This document shows, in pieces, positions 46,894 through 57,284 of a stretch of 64,000 bases of DNA. The position numbers and the translations under genes are program-made. Source of the DNA: Opitutales bacterium (GTDB lineage Bacteria > Verrucomicrobiota > Verrucomicrobiia > Opitutales > JBHJGM01). The stretch is taken from the NCBI GenBank assembly GCA_050331595.1, contig JBHJGQ010000013.1:69911-133910 (forward strand), in the 5' to 3' direction. The notes under the pieces were generated by a model. It saw only the letters and a program-made list of their open reading frames with translations. It did no database searches and was not told where the DNA came from. Numbering within the stretch: position 1 is the stretch's first letter; every line of letters begins with the position of its first letter.

Positions 46894-48006
46894 ATGCCCG
46901 ACTTTGTCCCCCGTCACGGTCCCCTGCCCCTGCAGGTGAAAAAGGGCTGGAAACAGGTGCGACCGCGTACAACGGGCAAGCAGCTCATTTGGGACGAGGG
47001 CCAGGATGTGTTCTGTGCGCAGACGGACTTTGCCGGACCACGGCGCTTTCCCGCCACGGGCGGGGTAGACTGCCCCATCGCCACGCATGCCGGTTTGCCG
47101 ACCGCCTACCGCTATTGCTGCCAGATGCAGGCAGGCCAGCGCGACTTCAGCGAGTTGCGCGGCCTGGATACGCTCACGGGCGAGATGCGCACAGTCTACC
47201 GCCTGGCCGGCAATCAGTGGATGGTCTGGCTGTGCCGCCTGCTCAAAGGGGGATCGACGCTACTGGGACTGGTCGCCACCGACGCCCGCCGCAGCCAGCT
47301 GACCATTGTCCACCAACTGGGTTTCTTCGACTTGAAGCGCAAGCGCACGTTGCTGGTGCCCCTGCCGCGTGACGCCTACCACCCCTTGGCCGTTTGCGAG
47401 GCGCGCGAGGCGATCCTCTTTCACGGTGCCGAGGGCTATCAGCTCGTGAATTTCGCGGGGACCCGCCTGCGACGCGTCGGGGTGGACGGCTTGCCGCTGG
47501 GGCGTGGGGCCTCCTTTCATCCCGAGCGCCCCGTCGTCACCCTGGGTGGCGGCACGTTGACCGATTGGGATTTGGACCGGGGCGGTTTCAGCGAGCTGCC
47601 CGTGCGCGGTCAATTCCCGCTCTGGGCCGAGGGCGGGCGATCCCTGTGGTTCAGTCAAAGCAGCGCCGATCTCTGGCATTACGATCCGGCGTCTGGCGAG
47701 GCGGGCTGGATTGTGCGCATCGCCGGCTATTCGCGTCCGGAAAAAAATTACTCGCGTGCGCTGGTGCTTTCGGCCGACGGGCGTCACCTGGCCGCTGTGC
47801 TCACGCGCAAGGTGCGCATCGCCGAGATGCCGGGGGCCGCGCCCGAACCGGGCACCCGGCTGTTTCGGGTCAATCGCTGCGTGGTGGTGCTCGATCTGCA
47901 GGCGCGTGAGCTCTGGCAGCACCCCGCTGCGGCCGATAACCTCGCCTGGATCGAAGTGCCCGCTCACGACCGGCGTAATGGCAAGGAGGCAAACGGCTTA
48001 CCTTAA
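46894..48006 (+). CDS. hypothetical protein (possible beta-propeller)
   Basis: 370-aa ORF with no signal peptide. Repeated beta-strand-like W/G-rich segments (LWFSQSSADLWHYDP, LVLSADGRHLAAV). No family recognised. Confidence 0.45.
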   Translation: MPDFVPRHGPLPLQVKKGWKQVRPRTTGKQLIWDEGQDVFCAQTDFAGPRRFPATGGVDCPIATHAGLPTAYRYCCQMQAGQRDFSELRGLDTLTGEMRTVYRLAGNQWMVWLCRLLKGGSTLLGLVATDARRSQLTIVHQLGFFDLKRKRTLLVPLPRDAYHPLAVCEAREAILFHGAEGYQLVNFAGTRLRRVGVDGLPLGRGASFHPERPVVTLGGGTLTDWDLDRGGFSELPVRGQFPLWAEGGRSLWFSQSSADLWHYDPASGEAGWIVRIAGYSRPEKNYSRALVLSADGRHLAAVLTRKVRIAEMPGAAPEPGTRLFRVNRCVVVLDLQARELWQHPAAADNLAWIEVPAHDRRNGKEANGLP

Positions 48007-48140
48007 TCACCCGCCTTCCGCCCGGCTCTGCTAAACCGGGCCTGAGGCCAGACGACTTACGGTGAAGGCGTAAGGCAATCGCCGCGCCCAGTAGCGCGCG
48101 AAGGATCGTCACCGCGCCACAACCTCAGCCGGAGAGCAAC

Positions 48141-48544
48141 ATGAGTCACATTTGCGCACCCACCATGGTCGGCTACCTGCCCGACGAAAGCCTGACCAGC
48201 GTCGATGCCGAGCAAGTCGAACTGCTCAATTGCGCCGCCGAGGGCATGGAAGCGGAATTCTGGGAGGACATGCTGACCACCTTCGCCCAGGAAGTGGAGC
48301 CACGCTTCGCCCTGATCGAGCAGGCCTGCACCAGCGAGGACGCGCCCAATTTGCGCAAGTACGTGCATTTCATCGCCGGCAGCGCGGCCAACCTGGGTCT
48401 ACAGCGCCTCTCAAGCTTCTGCCGCAACGTGGAAAATGCCCTCGATGACGGCATCTTCACCGCTTACGCGGATTGCGCGCCCACCTTGCGTCACGAGTAC
48501 GACGACGCCCTGAACGCCCTGCGGGGTCAGCTGGCGGCCCTGAG

Positions 48545-48548
<4 letters not shown>
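48141..48548 (+). CDS. stand-alone Hpt (histidine phosphotransfer) domain protein
   Basis: 135 aa. VHFIAGSAANLGLQRL matches the H-x-x-K/A-G-S-x-x-x-G Hpt phospho-His motif. Confidence 0.7.
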
Positions 48549-50119
<1,571 letters not shown>

Positions 50120-50203
50120 GGCAAGGAGGTTGAGGCGGGGAGTGCTCCGGCGCAAGCTGCACGGGCAGTTGCCTTTGCATGGAAGTGCGCGCAGAATCCA
50201 AAG

Positions 50204-50872
50204 GTGTTTGCTCAGCGCACCGTTGAACCCGAGCTGCTCGACAGCCTGCCCCAGGACCATCCCGACGCCCTGCACAACCGGCGAGACCTGCGCCGGCTCA
50301 ACGCGCTGACGGGCAACTTTCGTTGGCTGGCGTCCCAGGTCGGTCAGCACGTGACGACGGGCCTCCGACTGTTGGAAATCGGTGCGGGTGAAGGCTGCTT
50401 GGGGGCGTATCTTAACCGGCGTGGCATCTTGCCTGACAGCGTCACGGTCGACGGCCTCGACGTCATCGCCCGCCCGGCCACCTGGCCCGAACAGTGGACA
50501 TGGCACCAGGGCGATTTAACGAGGTTCGACGGCTACGCGCATTACGACGGCATTGTCGCTAACCTCATCCTGCATCAGTTCGACAATGCCGTTTTGCAGC
50601 AGTTGGGCCAGCGATGGCGTGCAGCCGGGATGCGCCTCGTGCTGTCGTGCGAAACGCAGCGGTGCCCCTGGCAAATGCGTGGTCTGCCATTGCTGGCTGC
50701 GGTCACCCGCATGAACTACGTTTCGCGCCATGATGCCGCGGTCAGTCTACGCGGCGGTTTCCGACGCGGGGAACTCGGCGCGCTGCTGGGACTCGAAACT
50801 CCGGAATGGACCGTGCGCGAAACGACTCCAGCCTTACGTTCGCACCGCCTGTGCGCGGTGCGCCATTCATGA
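50204..50872 (+). CDS. class I SAM-dependent methyltransferase
   Basis: In-frame GTG at 50204. EPELLDSLP...LRRLN, then SAM motif I LLEIGAGEGCLG and a later DGIVANLILHQF. Confidence 0.7.
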   Translation: MFAQRTVEPELLDSLPQDHPDALHNRRDLRRLNALTGNFRWLASQVGQHVTTGLRLLEIGAGEGCLGAYLNRRGILPDSVTVDGLDVIARPATWPEQWTWHQGDLTRFDGYAHYDGIVANLILHQFDNAVLQQLGQRWRAAGMRLVLSCETQRCPWQMRGLPLLAAVTRMNYVSRHDAAVSLRGGFRRGELGALLGLETPEWTVRETTPALRSHRLCAVRHS

Positions 50873-51885
50873 AACCCATCACCATTGCCGGCGGCGGCGT
50901 GGCCGGTCTGGCCGCGGGGCTGGCGCTGCGTCAACGCGGCGTGCCCATCACCGTGCTCGAAGCCGGGACGTACCCGCGCCATCGCGTCTGCGGGGAGTTT
51001 CTCTGCGGGCAGGGTGGGGCTGTCCTCGATGCGCTGGGTCTGGACGACCTGCACCGAGAGGGCCCGCGCCATCGTACGACGGGTTGGTACGTCGACGGTC
51101 GATGCGTGTTGCAGGCGGATTTGCCGCAACCGGCGCTGGGCCTTTCGCGTCACCGTCTGGATGCCCGCCTGGCTGAAGCCTTCCAGAACGTTGGCGGTGA
51201 GCTGCGGACGCAGACGCGGGTGGATGCAGGCTTCGGCGGCGAGGGCCAGTTGCGAGCCACTGGGCGCGCGCTGGCGCGTTCCAGCGATTGGCTCGGGCTG
51301 AAGCTGCATGTGCGTGGTCTTCGCCTGGCGCAGGATTTGGAGATTCACCTGGGTGACGGCGGCTACGTCGGCCTGTCGGGCGTCGAAAACGGGGCGGTCA
51401 ATGCATGTGGGCTGTTCCGCCGACGCGTCCTGGCCGGCGAGCGCGGACCGGCGTTGCTGCTCGCGTATCTGCGGGCCTGCGGCCTGGGCGACTTGGCCCG
51501 GCGCGTGGAAGGGGCCGAGCCCGACCCAACCAGCGTGGTCGGCGTCTCACACTTCGCCTTTGGGCAGTCCAAAGCAACGGCCGCGGCCCTGGGCGATGCC
51601 CTCACGCTCATCCCGCCCTTCACGGGCAACGGCATGTCGATGGCTCTGGAGGCGGCGTGGCAAGCCGCCCCGGTGCTCGAAGATTTTGCCAAAGGCCGCG
51701 CGGCTTGGAACGCAACGCAGACTCGCTTGCGGCAAACCCTGAGGCGACGTTTTGACCGCCGGGTACGCTGGGCACGCGGCACGCAATCGCTCTTGCTGAC
51801 GCGGGGCTCCCGGGCGATCCTCAGCCACTGGGCCCGCATGGGCGCCTTCCCTTTTCAGACGCTGTTCCGCCTCACGCATTCCTGA
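50869..51885 (+). CDS. NAD(P)/FAD-dependent oxidoreductase (geranylgeranyl-reductase / flavin monooxygenase-like)
   Basis: ATGA overlap with the methyltransferase stop. ITIAGGGVAGLAAGLALRQRG...VLEAGTYPRHRVCGEFL. Confidence 0.8.
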   Translation: MKPITIAGGGVAGLAAGLALRQRGVPITVLEAGTYPRHRVCGEFLCGQGGAVLDALGLDDLHREGPRHRTTGWYVDGRCVLQADLPQPALGLSRHRLDARLAEAFQNVGGELRTQTRVDAGFGGEGQLRATGRALARSSDWLGLKLHVRGLRLAQDLEIHLGDGGYVGLSGVENGAVNACGLFRRRVLAGERGPALLLAYLRACGLGDLARRVEGAEPDPTSVVGVSHFAFGQSKATAAALGDALTLIPPFTGNGMSMALEAAWQAAPVLEDFAKGRAAWNATQTRLRQTLRRRFDRRVRWARGTQSLLLTRGSRAILSHWARMGAFPFQTLFRLTHS

Positions 51886-51901
51886 ACCCCCACACGACAC
51901 G

Positions 51902-52972
51902 ATGTACTTGCAAGCCCTGGCCAATTGCGTGCCGGAACCCGTTTACACCCAGCGCGAAGTTTGGGAAACCATCCGCGAGTCCCAGCCGGTCCGACAGCTC
52001 AAGGAGCGATCGCAGCGCCTGCTGCACAAGCTGTTGACCCAGGCCGATGGACTGCAGCAGCGCCATTTCGCCCTGGATGATCTCTCGTTTTTTGTCGAGG
52101 CGGGGCCGCAGCAGCTCAATGAAGCGTTCGAACGCGAGGCCCCCAAGCTGGGCGAGCAGGCCCTTCAACAGGCGCTGGACCAAGCCGGCTTGCGCGCCGC
52201 CGACCTCGACGCGCTCCTGGTCTGTACCTGCACCGGTTATCTGTGTCCGGGGCTGTCGAGTTTCGTGGCCGAGCGGCTGGGCTTGAAGCCCGAAACATAC
52301 CTGCAGGATCTGGTTGGGCTGGGCTGCGGCGCGGCCATTCCGGCGCTGCGCTCAGCCTCGCACCTGCTGGCTGCTCAACCGGGCAAACGCGTGGCCGTGC
52401 TGGCGATCGAGCTGTGCTCGGCCTGCTTTTATCTGGATGACGACCCCGGCGTGCTCGTTTCCTTTTGCCTCTTCGCCGACGGTGCCTCGGCCAGTATCTG
52501 GACCGCCGAACCGCAACTGCGCCGCGATTTGCCCAACGCGGTGACGGGCAACGGGGCCCTGCGCGCGTTTGACTTCGACACCCTCCACCTGCCCGAGAAT
52601 CGCCAGCTGCTGCGCTTTGAAAATGCCGCTGGCAAGCTGCGCAATCGCCTCCACCGCAGCGTGCCCGAACAGGCCGGCAAAGCGGTCGCGCACCTTTTCG
52701 GGCGTCTCAACGGCACGCGCGACTCCATCGAGCAGGTCATCGCGCACTCGGGCGGCCCCGACGTGATCGCCGCGCTGGAGTCCGTCCTGCCGGGTCACGC
52801 GCTGGGGCCGACAGCCTCGGTCCTGCGCCGGTTCGGCAACATGAGCAGCCCGTCGGTGCTCTTTGCGCTGGAGGATTACTTGAAGGCCCGGCCGGCGTCG
52901 ACGAACCACGGCCCTCTCTGGCTGACGGCCTTTGGCGCGGGGTTCGCGGCACACAGTTGCGCGCTGACATAG
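51902..52972 (+). CDS. type III polyketide synthase (chalcone/stilbene synthase superfamily)
   Basis: 356 aa. Cys-His-Asn triad contexts: LLVCTCTGYLCPGLS (active-site Cys), VIAHSGGPDVI (His), RFGNMSSPSVLFALE (Asn). 16 nt after the flavoprotein gene. Confidence 0.88.
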   Translation: MYLQALANCVPEPVYTQREVWETIRESQPVRQLKERSQRLLHKLLTQADGLQQRHFALDDLSFFVEAGPQQLNEAFEREAPKLGEQALQQALDQAGLRAADLDALLVCTCTGYLCPGLSSFVAERLGLKPETYLQDLVGLGCGAAIPALRSASHLLAAQPGKRVAVLAIELCSACFYLDDDPGVLVSFCLFADGASASIWTAEPQLRRDLPNAVTGNGALRAFDFDTLHLPENRQLLRFENAAGKLRNRLHRSVPEQAGKAVAHLFGRLNGTRDSIEQVIAHSGGPDVIAALESVLPGHALGPTASVLRRFGNMSSPSVLFALEDYLKARPASTNHGPLWLTAFGAGFAAHSCALT

Positions 52973-52999
52973 GCGCAGGAGCCGTTAAGGTCACCCCTC

Positions 53000-53314
53000 A
53001 TGGCCACGACCGAGGAAGAACGACAACTGCGCGCGCAAGCCTGGGTGGGCGACGCCGTGCTGGCGCTGTGGGCGCGCCGCTGGATTTTGCAAACGCAGGG
53101 CGGGATCGACGATCCGCTGTTCCAAACGATCACCAACAACCAGTTTCTGGCCTCGCAAGGCCGCCCGGTGGCGGTGGAGGCGGCGATTGCCGAGGTCTAC
53201 GAGCGTGACGGCTTGGACGCCGCCTTCGCGCACCTGGAGCTGACGCTGTTGCCCTTGATCGAGAAACGCCTGGCCAAAGACGCCCGCGCCTTGCGCACCA
53301 CGCGCAAAAAGTAG
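53000..53314 (+). CDS. minimal RNase III-domain-like protein (Mini-III-like), 104 aa
   Basis: AQAWVGDAVLALWARRWIL resembles the Mini-III/RNase III signature (LAYIGDAIFEVYVRHHLL; ERLEFLGDAVL). VAVEAAIAEVYERDG resembles the second catalytic motif (DAFEALIGAIYLDSG), but Val replaces the Asp. The alignment was done by eye only. Confidence 0.5.
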   Translation: MATTEEERQLRAQAWVGDAVLALWARRWILQTQGGIDDPLFQTITNNQFLASQGRPVAVEAAIAEVYERDGLDAAFAHLELTLLPLIEKRLAKDARALRTTRKK

Positions 53315-53323
53315 CTGCTCGCC

Positions 53324-53581
53324 ATGGCCCGCGACCCCAAGGAAAACGCCTTTGCCACCGTGCGCATCTACATGGACGCCATGGCGGCCAACCTGGATCG
53401 CACCATCCTCGAGGACGCCGGCATCCCGGCCTTTGTACGCGGGGAAATGGGGGCGACTTGGATGGGGCTGGGCTCGCTGGCGCCCGGCGGCATTCGCCTC
53501 GACGTGCCGCAAGATCGCATCGGCGAGGCCCGCACGTTGCTGAACATACCCCCGGAGGAAAAGCTGCGCAGCGGCGTCTAG
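53324..53581 (+). CDS. DUF2007 (putative signal-transducing) domain protein
   Basis: 85 aa. The pattern MDAMAANLDRTILEDAGIPAFVRGE...GGIRLDVPQDRIGEARTLL is typical of DUF2007. Confidence 0.6.
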   Translation: MARDPKENAFATVRIYMDAMAANLDRTILEDAGIPAFVRGEMGATWMGLGSLAPGGIRLDVPQDRIGEARTLLNIPPEEKLRSGV

Positions 53582-53636
53582 TGGTCAGTTCCTCGGGAGG
53601 CTCCCGCCAGCAGCCTTTCGGTTAGTCGACCGCGCC

Positions 53637-54776
53637 CTACGTTTCCCCAACCTCTAACAGCACCGCCGTGATGAGGTGCTCGGTCAGGTACTCGTAGGTC
53701 ACGAAGCCGTAGCCGCCTACGCCCCACTGCTTTCCCCACGAGTTGCGAAAGATAAAGCGCACGTCTTCCTTGCGCCCGGTCTCGCAGCGGTAGCCCACCA
53801 GCGTGACAGCATGGGCGTAGTTCTCAAAGGGTTCTTGACCGCCCAGCACGTGCACCCCCCGCAGCGCGTTGGGGTGGGGGAAGGCGATGCCCACGACGAC
53901 CGGCGTGGCGTGGTTGAGCGCGTGCAGGACGGAGTCCACCCGGGCCTTGCCTTCGCGTCCGGGCAGGGTGAAGGCGGCGATGCGCTGCCGGCTGCGCGCG
54001 CTCTCGATGACATTGGTTGTGGGCGGTTCGATCTCCACGAAGGTGCGGGCAAAGGTGTTGGACATTTGGTCCTGCCGAGCGATGCCGTAGGCGCGCAACG
54101 CCTGCACGACCTCCAGCAGCGAAAACCCGCTTTCGATGGGCGGCGCGTTCGCGCTGTTTTGCGCCGCATACTCCTGCGAGATGCCCAAACTGCGCGCGGT
54201 CGCCCAGACCAGGTATTCCTCGGAGAGCTTCTCCGCACGACCTTTGGCCAGGGCGTTTTGAAACTCTAGCGCACTGACCATGGCAAAGACCGAGCAGCTG
54301 GGCCGCGGTCCCTGGTCGCGCGCCGACAGGTCCAGCTCCTGGTAGACCGGGCGAAAGTCGACCTCGGCGTAGAGCTTGGGCTCGGTGCCGATCGAGCTGA
54401 GTATGCGGCCTGCGCCGCCTTCGCTGTCCGGGACCGCTGTTCGCGACGGCGGCGAACCGTTTCCGCTGGGCGATCCGGAAAGGCGCTGGGCGAGGGCTTC
54501 GTCCAGACCGTTGCGAAAGTTGGTGGCCGCATCGGGATCGTACTCAAGGCGCTCCTGCCATTCGCGCGGAAGCTCGCGCAACATCAGCTGTGTCAACCCG
54601 CCCGCGTGACGCAAGGTGACGGACTCGGGCGTCACGCGCAGAATCTCGGCATCTTCGTAGACGCGCCCGCCGATTTGCATGCGTTCGCCCCCCACGACAG
54701 AGGCGGTCCAGAGGCAAACGAAGGCGAGCGCCGCGCGCACCAGCGGACGCAGGCGATGGGGGTGAACGGTCCTCAT
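53637..54776 (-). CDS. secreted papain-like cysteine peptidase (C1 family)
   Basis: Signal-like N-terminus. Catalytic Cys context DQGPRPSCSVFAMVSALE. His/Asn context HAVTLVGY...FRNSWGKQWGVGGYGFVTYEYL. Confidence 0.8.
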   Translation of the reverse strand: MRTVHPHRLRPLVRAALAFVCLWTASVVGGERMQIGGRVYEDAEILRVTPESVTLRHAGGLTQLMLRELPREWQERLEYDPDAATNFRNGLDEALAQRLSGSPSGNGSPPSRTAVPDSEGGAGRILSSIGTEPKLYAEVDFRPVYQELDLSARDQGPRPSCSVFAMVSALEFQNALAKGRAEKLSEEYLVWATARSLGISQEYAAQNSANAPPIESGFSLLEVVQALRAYGIARQDQMSNTFARTFVEIEPPTTNVIESARSRQRIAAFTLPGREGKARVDSVLHALNHATPVVVGIAFPHPNALRGVHVLGGQEPFENYAHAVTLVGYRCETGRKEDVRFIFRNSWGKQWGVGGYGFVTYEYLTEHLITAVLLEVGET

Positions 54777-54820
54777 TGGGGGCGGGCTCGACCGTGCTCA
54801 AAAGGCCAAGCGCGGTCCCG

Positions 54821-55519
54821 TTATAAGTCGTCCGCCGCGCCCGCTTCTTGATCGTCCAGCGCGCTGGCAAAAGCCGCTTGAAATGCGCCCAGCCAGGGGA
54901 ATTCAAAAGCCGCCAGGCTGCGCTGCTCGGGGGAAGGCGCATGCAAATCCGGTATCAAAACCGGCAGCATGCCCGCCGCGTGCGCCCCCTCAATCCCGGG
55001 CCCGGAATCCTCCAGCACCAGACAATGCGCAGGCTCAATCGCCAGCACCTGCGCCGCCCGCAAAAAAATGTCGGGCGCGGGCTTGCCCAGCGCAACGTCG
55101 CGCCCGGAAACCACGTCCTCAAAGCGCTCCAGCAGACCGACGTCACTGAGATGCCGCCGGGCGCGTGGTCCGCCGGTGGAGGTGGCCACAATCTTCGGAA
55201 AACGCCGCCTCTCCAGAAAATCCAGCAGTCCGTGCAGGCCGGGCTTGGTGGGGATCGGCTCGCCTTCGACGTGCGCCTCAAAGTGCCGCCCCCAGCTTGC
55301 CCACAGCGCATCCACCGGCGCCGTTTCACCCAGCTGATCGCGAATCAGCTGTTGGCTGTCGCTCGTGCGCTTGCCAATGAGCTGGACGAAAAAGCCCTCG
55401 GGCAGGTCGACACCGACCTCTTCTACCGCCTGCGTCCACGCGGCCAGCGCGATGCGCTCGGTGTCGAGCATCAGCCCGTCCATATCGAAGATGAAGGCGC
55501 GGATTCTGGTGAAGTCCAT
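54821..55519 (-). CDS. HAD-IA family hydrolase (beta-phosphoglucomutase-like)
   Basis: Motif I IFDMDGLMLDTE. Later motifs are ATSTGG, LGKPAPDIF and LVLEDSGPGIEGAHAAGM. Confidence 0.88.
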   Translation of the reverse strand: MDFTRIRAFIFDMDGLMLDTERIALAAWTQAVEEVGVDLPEGFFVQLIGKRTSDSQQLIRDQLGETAPVDALWASWGRHFEAHVEGEPIPTKPGLHGLLDFLERRRFPKIVATSTGGPRARRHLSDVGLLERFEDVVSGRDVALGKPAPDIFLRAAQVLAIEPAHCLVLEDSGPGIEGAHAAGMLPVLIPDLHAPSPEQRSLAAFEFPWLGAFQAAFASALDDQEAGAADDL

Positions 55520-55537
55520 GAGCGTGTGTTCGTATCC

Positions 55538-55563
55538 AAAAAAGAATGACGCCAGTGGGCGTC
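55538..55563 (-). terminator. terminator-like hairpin plus U-run immediately upstream of the HAD gene start (minus strand)
   Basis: The minus strand reads GACGCC-cact-GGCGTC followed by ATTCTTTTTT, about 20 nt upstream of the HAD ATG. No upstream minus-strand gene exists for it to terminate. Confidence 0.35.
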
Positions 55564-55647
55564 ACCGCGTTATCCTGTCGCTTGCCTCGTGAGGGGCAAG
55601 CCCTTGCTGCCTTGCGCGAGCGAAGCGAACCTGCTCTGATCGCACCC

Positions 55648-56406
55648 ATGGCAAAGTTGGAAGAGGTCGTGGCCTTTTGTGATGCGCGCACCCGCCGCGC
55701 GGCGTTCGCGGATTTTCCCGGAGCCCTCAACGGTCTGCAGGTGCAAAACACCGGCGAGGTGACGAAAATCGGCGCGGCCGTCGACGCCGGGCTCGTGCCG
55801 TTTCAGCTCGCGGCGAAGGCGGGCGTGGATTTGCTCATCGTGCACCACGGCTTGTTCTGGGACCCGCCTCAACCGGTCACGGACGTCCGGCACGCCAAGC
55901 TGAAGGTCTGCTTCGATCACAATCTGGCGGTCTACGCCAGCCACCTGCCGCTGGATGCGCACCCTGAAATCGGCAACAACGCCGTCCTCGCCGCGAAGCT
56001 GGGGCTGAAAGTCGTGGACTGGTTCGTGGAGCACGAGGGCCAGCCGATGGCCGCGATCGCGCAAGGTCCAAACGGGGGGCGGGCGGCGCTGGCCGATGCC
56101 TTGCGCGGGCTCTTTCCCGACTCGTATCAAGCAATTGAATACGGATCGGCGACCCCGGAGCGCGTGGCCATCTTGACCGGCAGTGGCCGCAGCGCCCTGG
56201 ACTTCATGCCCGCAGCCGGAATCGACACGCTCATCACCGGCGAGCTGCGCCAGAACCACTTCAACCTGGCCCAGGAAATGCGCTGGAACCTGTATCCATG
56301 CGGGCACTACGCAACCGAGGTTTTCGGCGTCCAGGAATTGGCCCGCGAGGCCGCCGCGCGGTTCAACCTGGAGTGGACCTTTCTGAAAACGGACTGCCCG
56401 CTTTAA
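55648..56406 (+). CDS. Nif3-like dinuclear metal center protein (YbgI family)
   Basis: ATG at 55648. LLIVHHGLFW, ASHLPLDAHPEIGNNAVLA, and the C-terminal GHYATE. Confidence 0.88.
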   Translation: MAKLEEVVAFCDARTRRAAFADFPGALNGLQVQNTGEVTKIGAAVDAGLVPFQLAAKAGVDLLIVHHGLFWDPPQPVTDVRHAKLKVCFDHNLAVYASHLPLDAHPEIGNNAVLAAKLGLKVVDWFVEHEGQPMAAIAQGPNGGRAALADALRGLFPDSYQAIEYGSATPERVAILTGSGRSALDFMPAAGIDTLITGELRQNHFNLAQEMRWNLYPCGHYATEVFGVQELAREAAARFNLEWTFLKTDCPL

Positions 56407-56442
56407 GCAGCGACGGACTCAGTCGGGAGCTTCAAGCTTGCG

Positions 56443-57231
56443 GTGGCTGGGCCACTGGCCACAATAAGCCTTGTGATCGAGACGCGTTCGGTGACCACTC
56501 AGCTGGTCGAGCATTTTCAGCAGGAGTTTGCCAGCGGACGTTGGCAGGCGGGACAGCGCTTTCCCTCTGAGCGGGCCGTAGCCACGACGTATGGGGTCAG
56601 TCGCACGTCGGCCAACAAGGCGGTCGCGATGCTCGTCAGCGAAGGTTGGCTGGAGATTCGCCGCGGGCAGGGTACCTACATCACCGAGCGGCCGGGTCTG
56701 CTGGCTTCGCTGCGCCGCCTGGAAAGTTTTACCGACTATGCACGGGCTCAGGGCTTTGCGCCGTCCACGCGCGTAGTGAAAATCGAGCGCCTGCTGGCCA
56801 GTTCGGTGGACCCGCGCGTGCGCGAGGCGCTACAGCTTTCCGAAACGAGCCGCCTCCTGCACCTGGAGCGTGTGCGTCTGGCCAACGAAACGCCCGTCAT
56901 CTTCGAGGAACGCTGGCTGCCTGCACCACTTTTCCCGCGCCTGACCTCGCGTTTGTGCGAAGGCTCGTTTTACGCGCTGGCACGGCAGCGTTATGGGCTG
57001 CAGCTGGCGCGCGAAGAGGTGCTGGTGCGCGCCCGTTTGCCGCAAGGGCCCGCCGCCTGCGTTCTCGATCCGCAACGCCCGTGCCTGATTGTCGTCGGCA
57101 CCGGCTTGCTCCAGGAAGGTGCCCCGGCGTGGTATCAACAGCTCTCGTGTGACGGCGAACGCTTCGCCCTCTCGACCCAGTTGGGTGCTGCCGGTGCTCA
57201 AGCCGAAATCGCCTTCGACCCGGTTACCTGA
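56443..57231 (+). CDS. GntR family transcriptional regulator (HutC subfamily, UTRA domain)
   Basis: wHTH motif FPSERAVATTYGVSRTSANKAVAMLVSEGWLEIRRGQGTYI, then a UTRA-like C-terminal domain. GTG start uncertain. Confidence 0.85.
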   Translation: MAGPLATISLVIETRSVTTQLVEHFQQEFASGRWQAGQRFPSERAVATTYGVSRTSANKAVAMLVSEGWLEIRRGQGTYITERPGLLASLRRLESFTDYARAQGFAPSTRVVKIERLLASSVDPRVREALQLSETSRLLHLERVRLANETPVIFEERWLPAPLFPRLTSRLCEGSFYALARQRYGLQLAREEVLVRARLPQGPAACVLDPQRPCLIVVGTGLLQEGAPAWYQQLSCDGERFALSTQLGAAGAQAEIAFDPVT

Positions 57232-57284
57232 GTTTTCGCGGTTTTTTATCACCAGACACTATCCTGAACCTGAGGGAACCCAAC

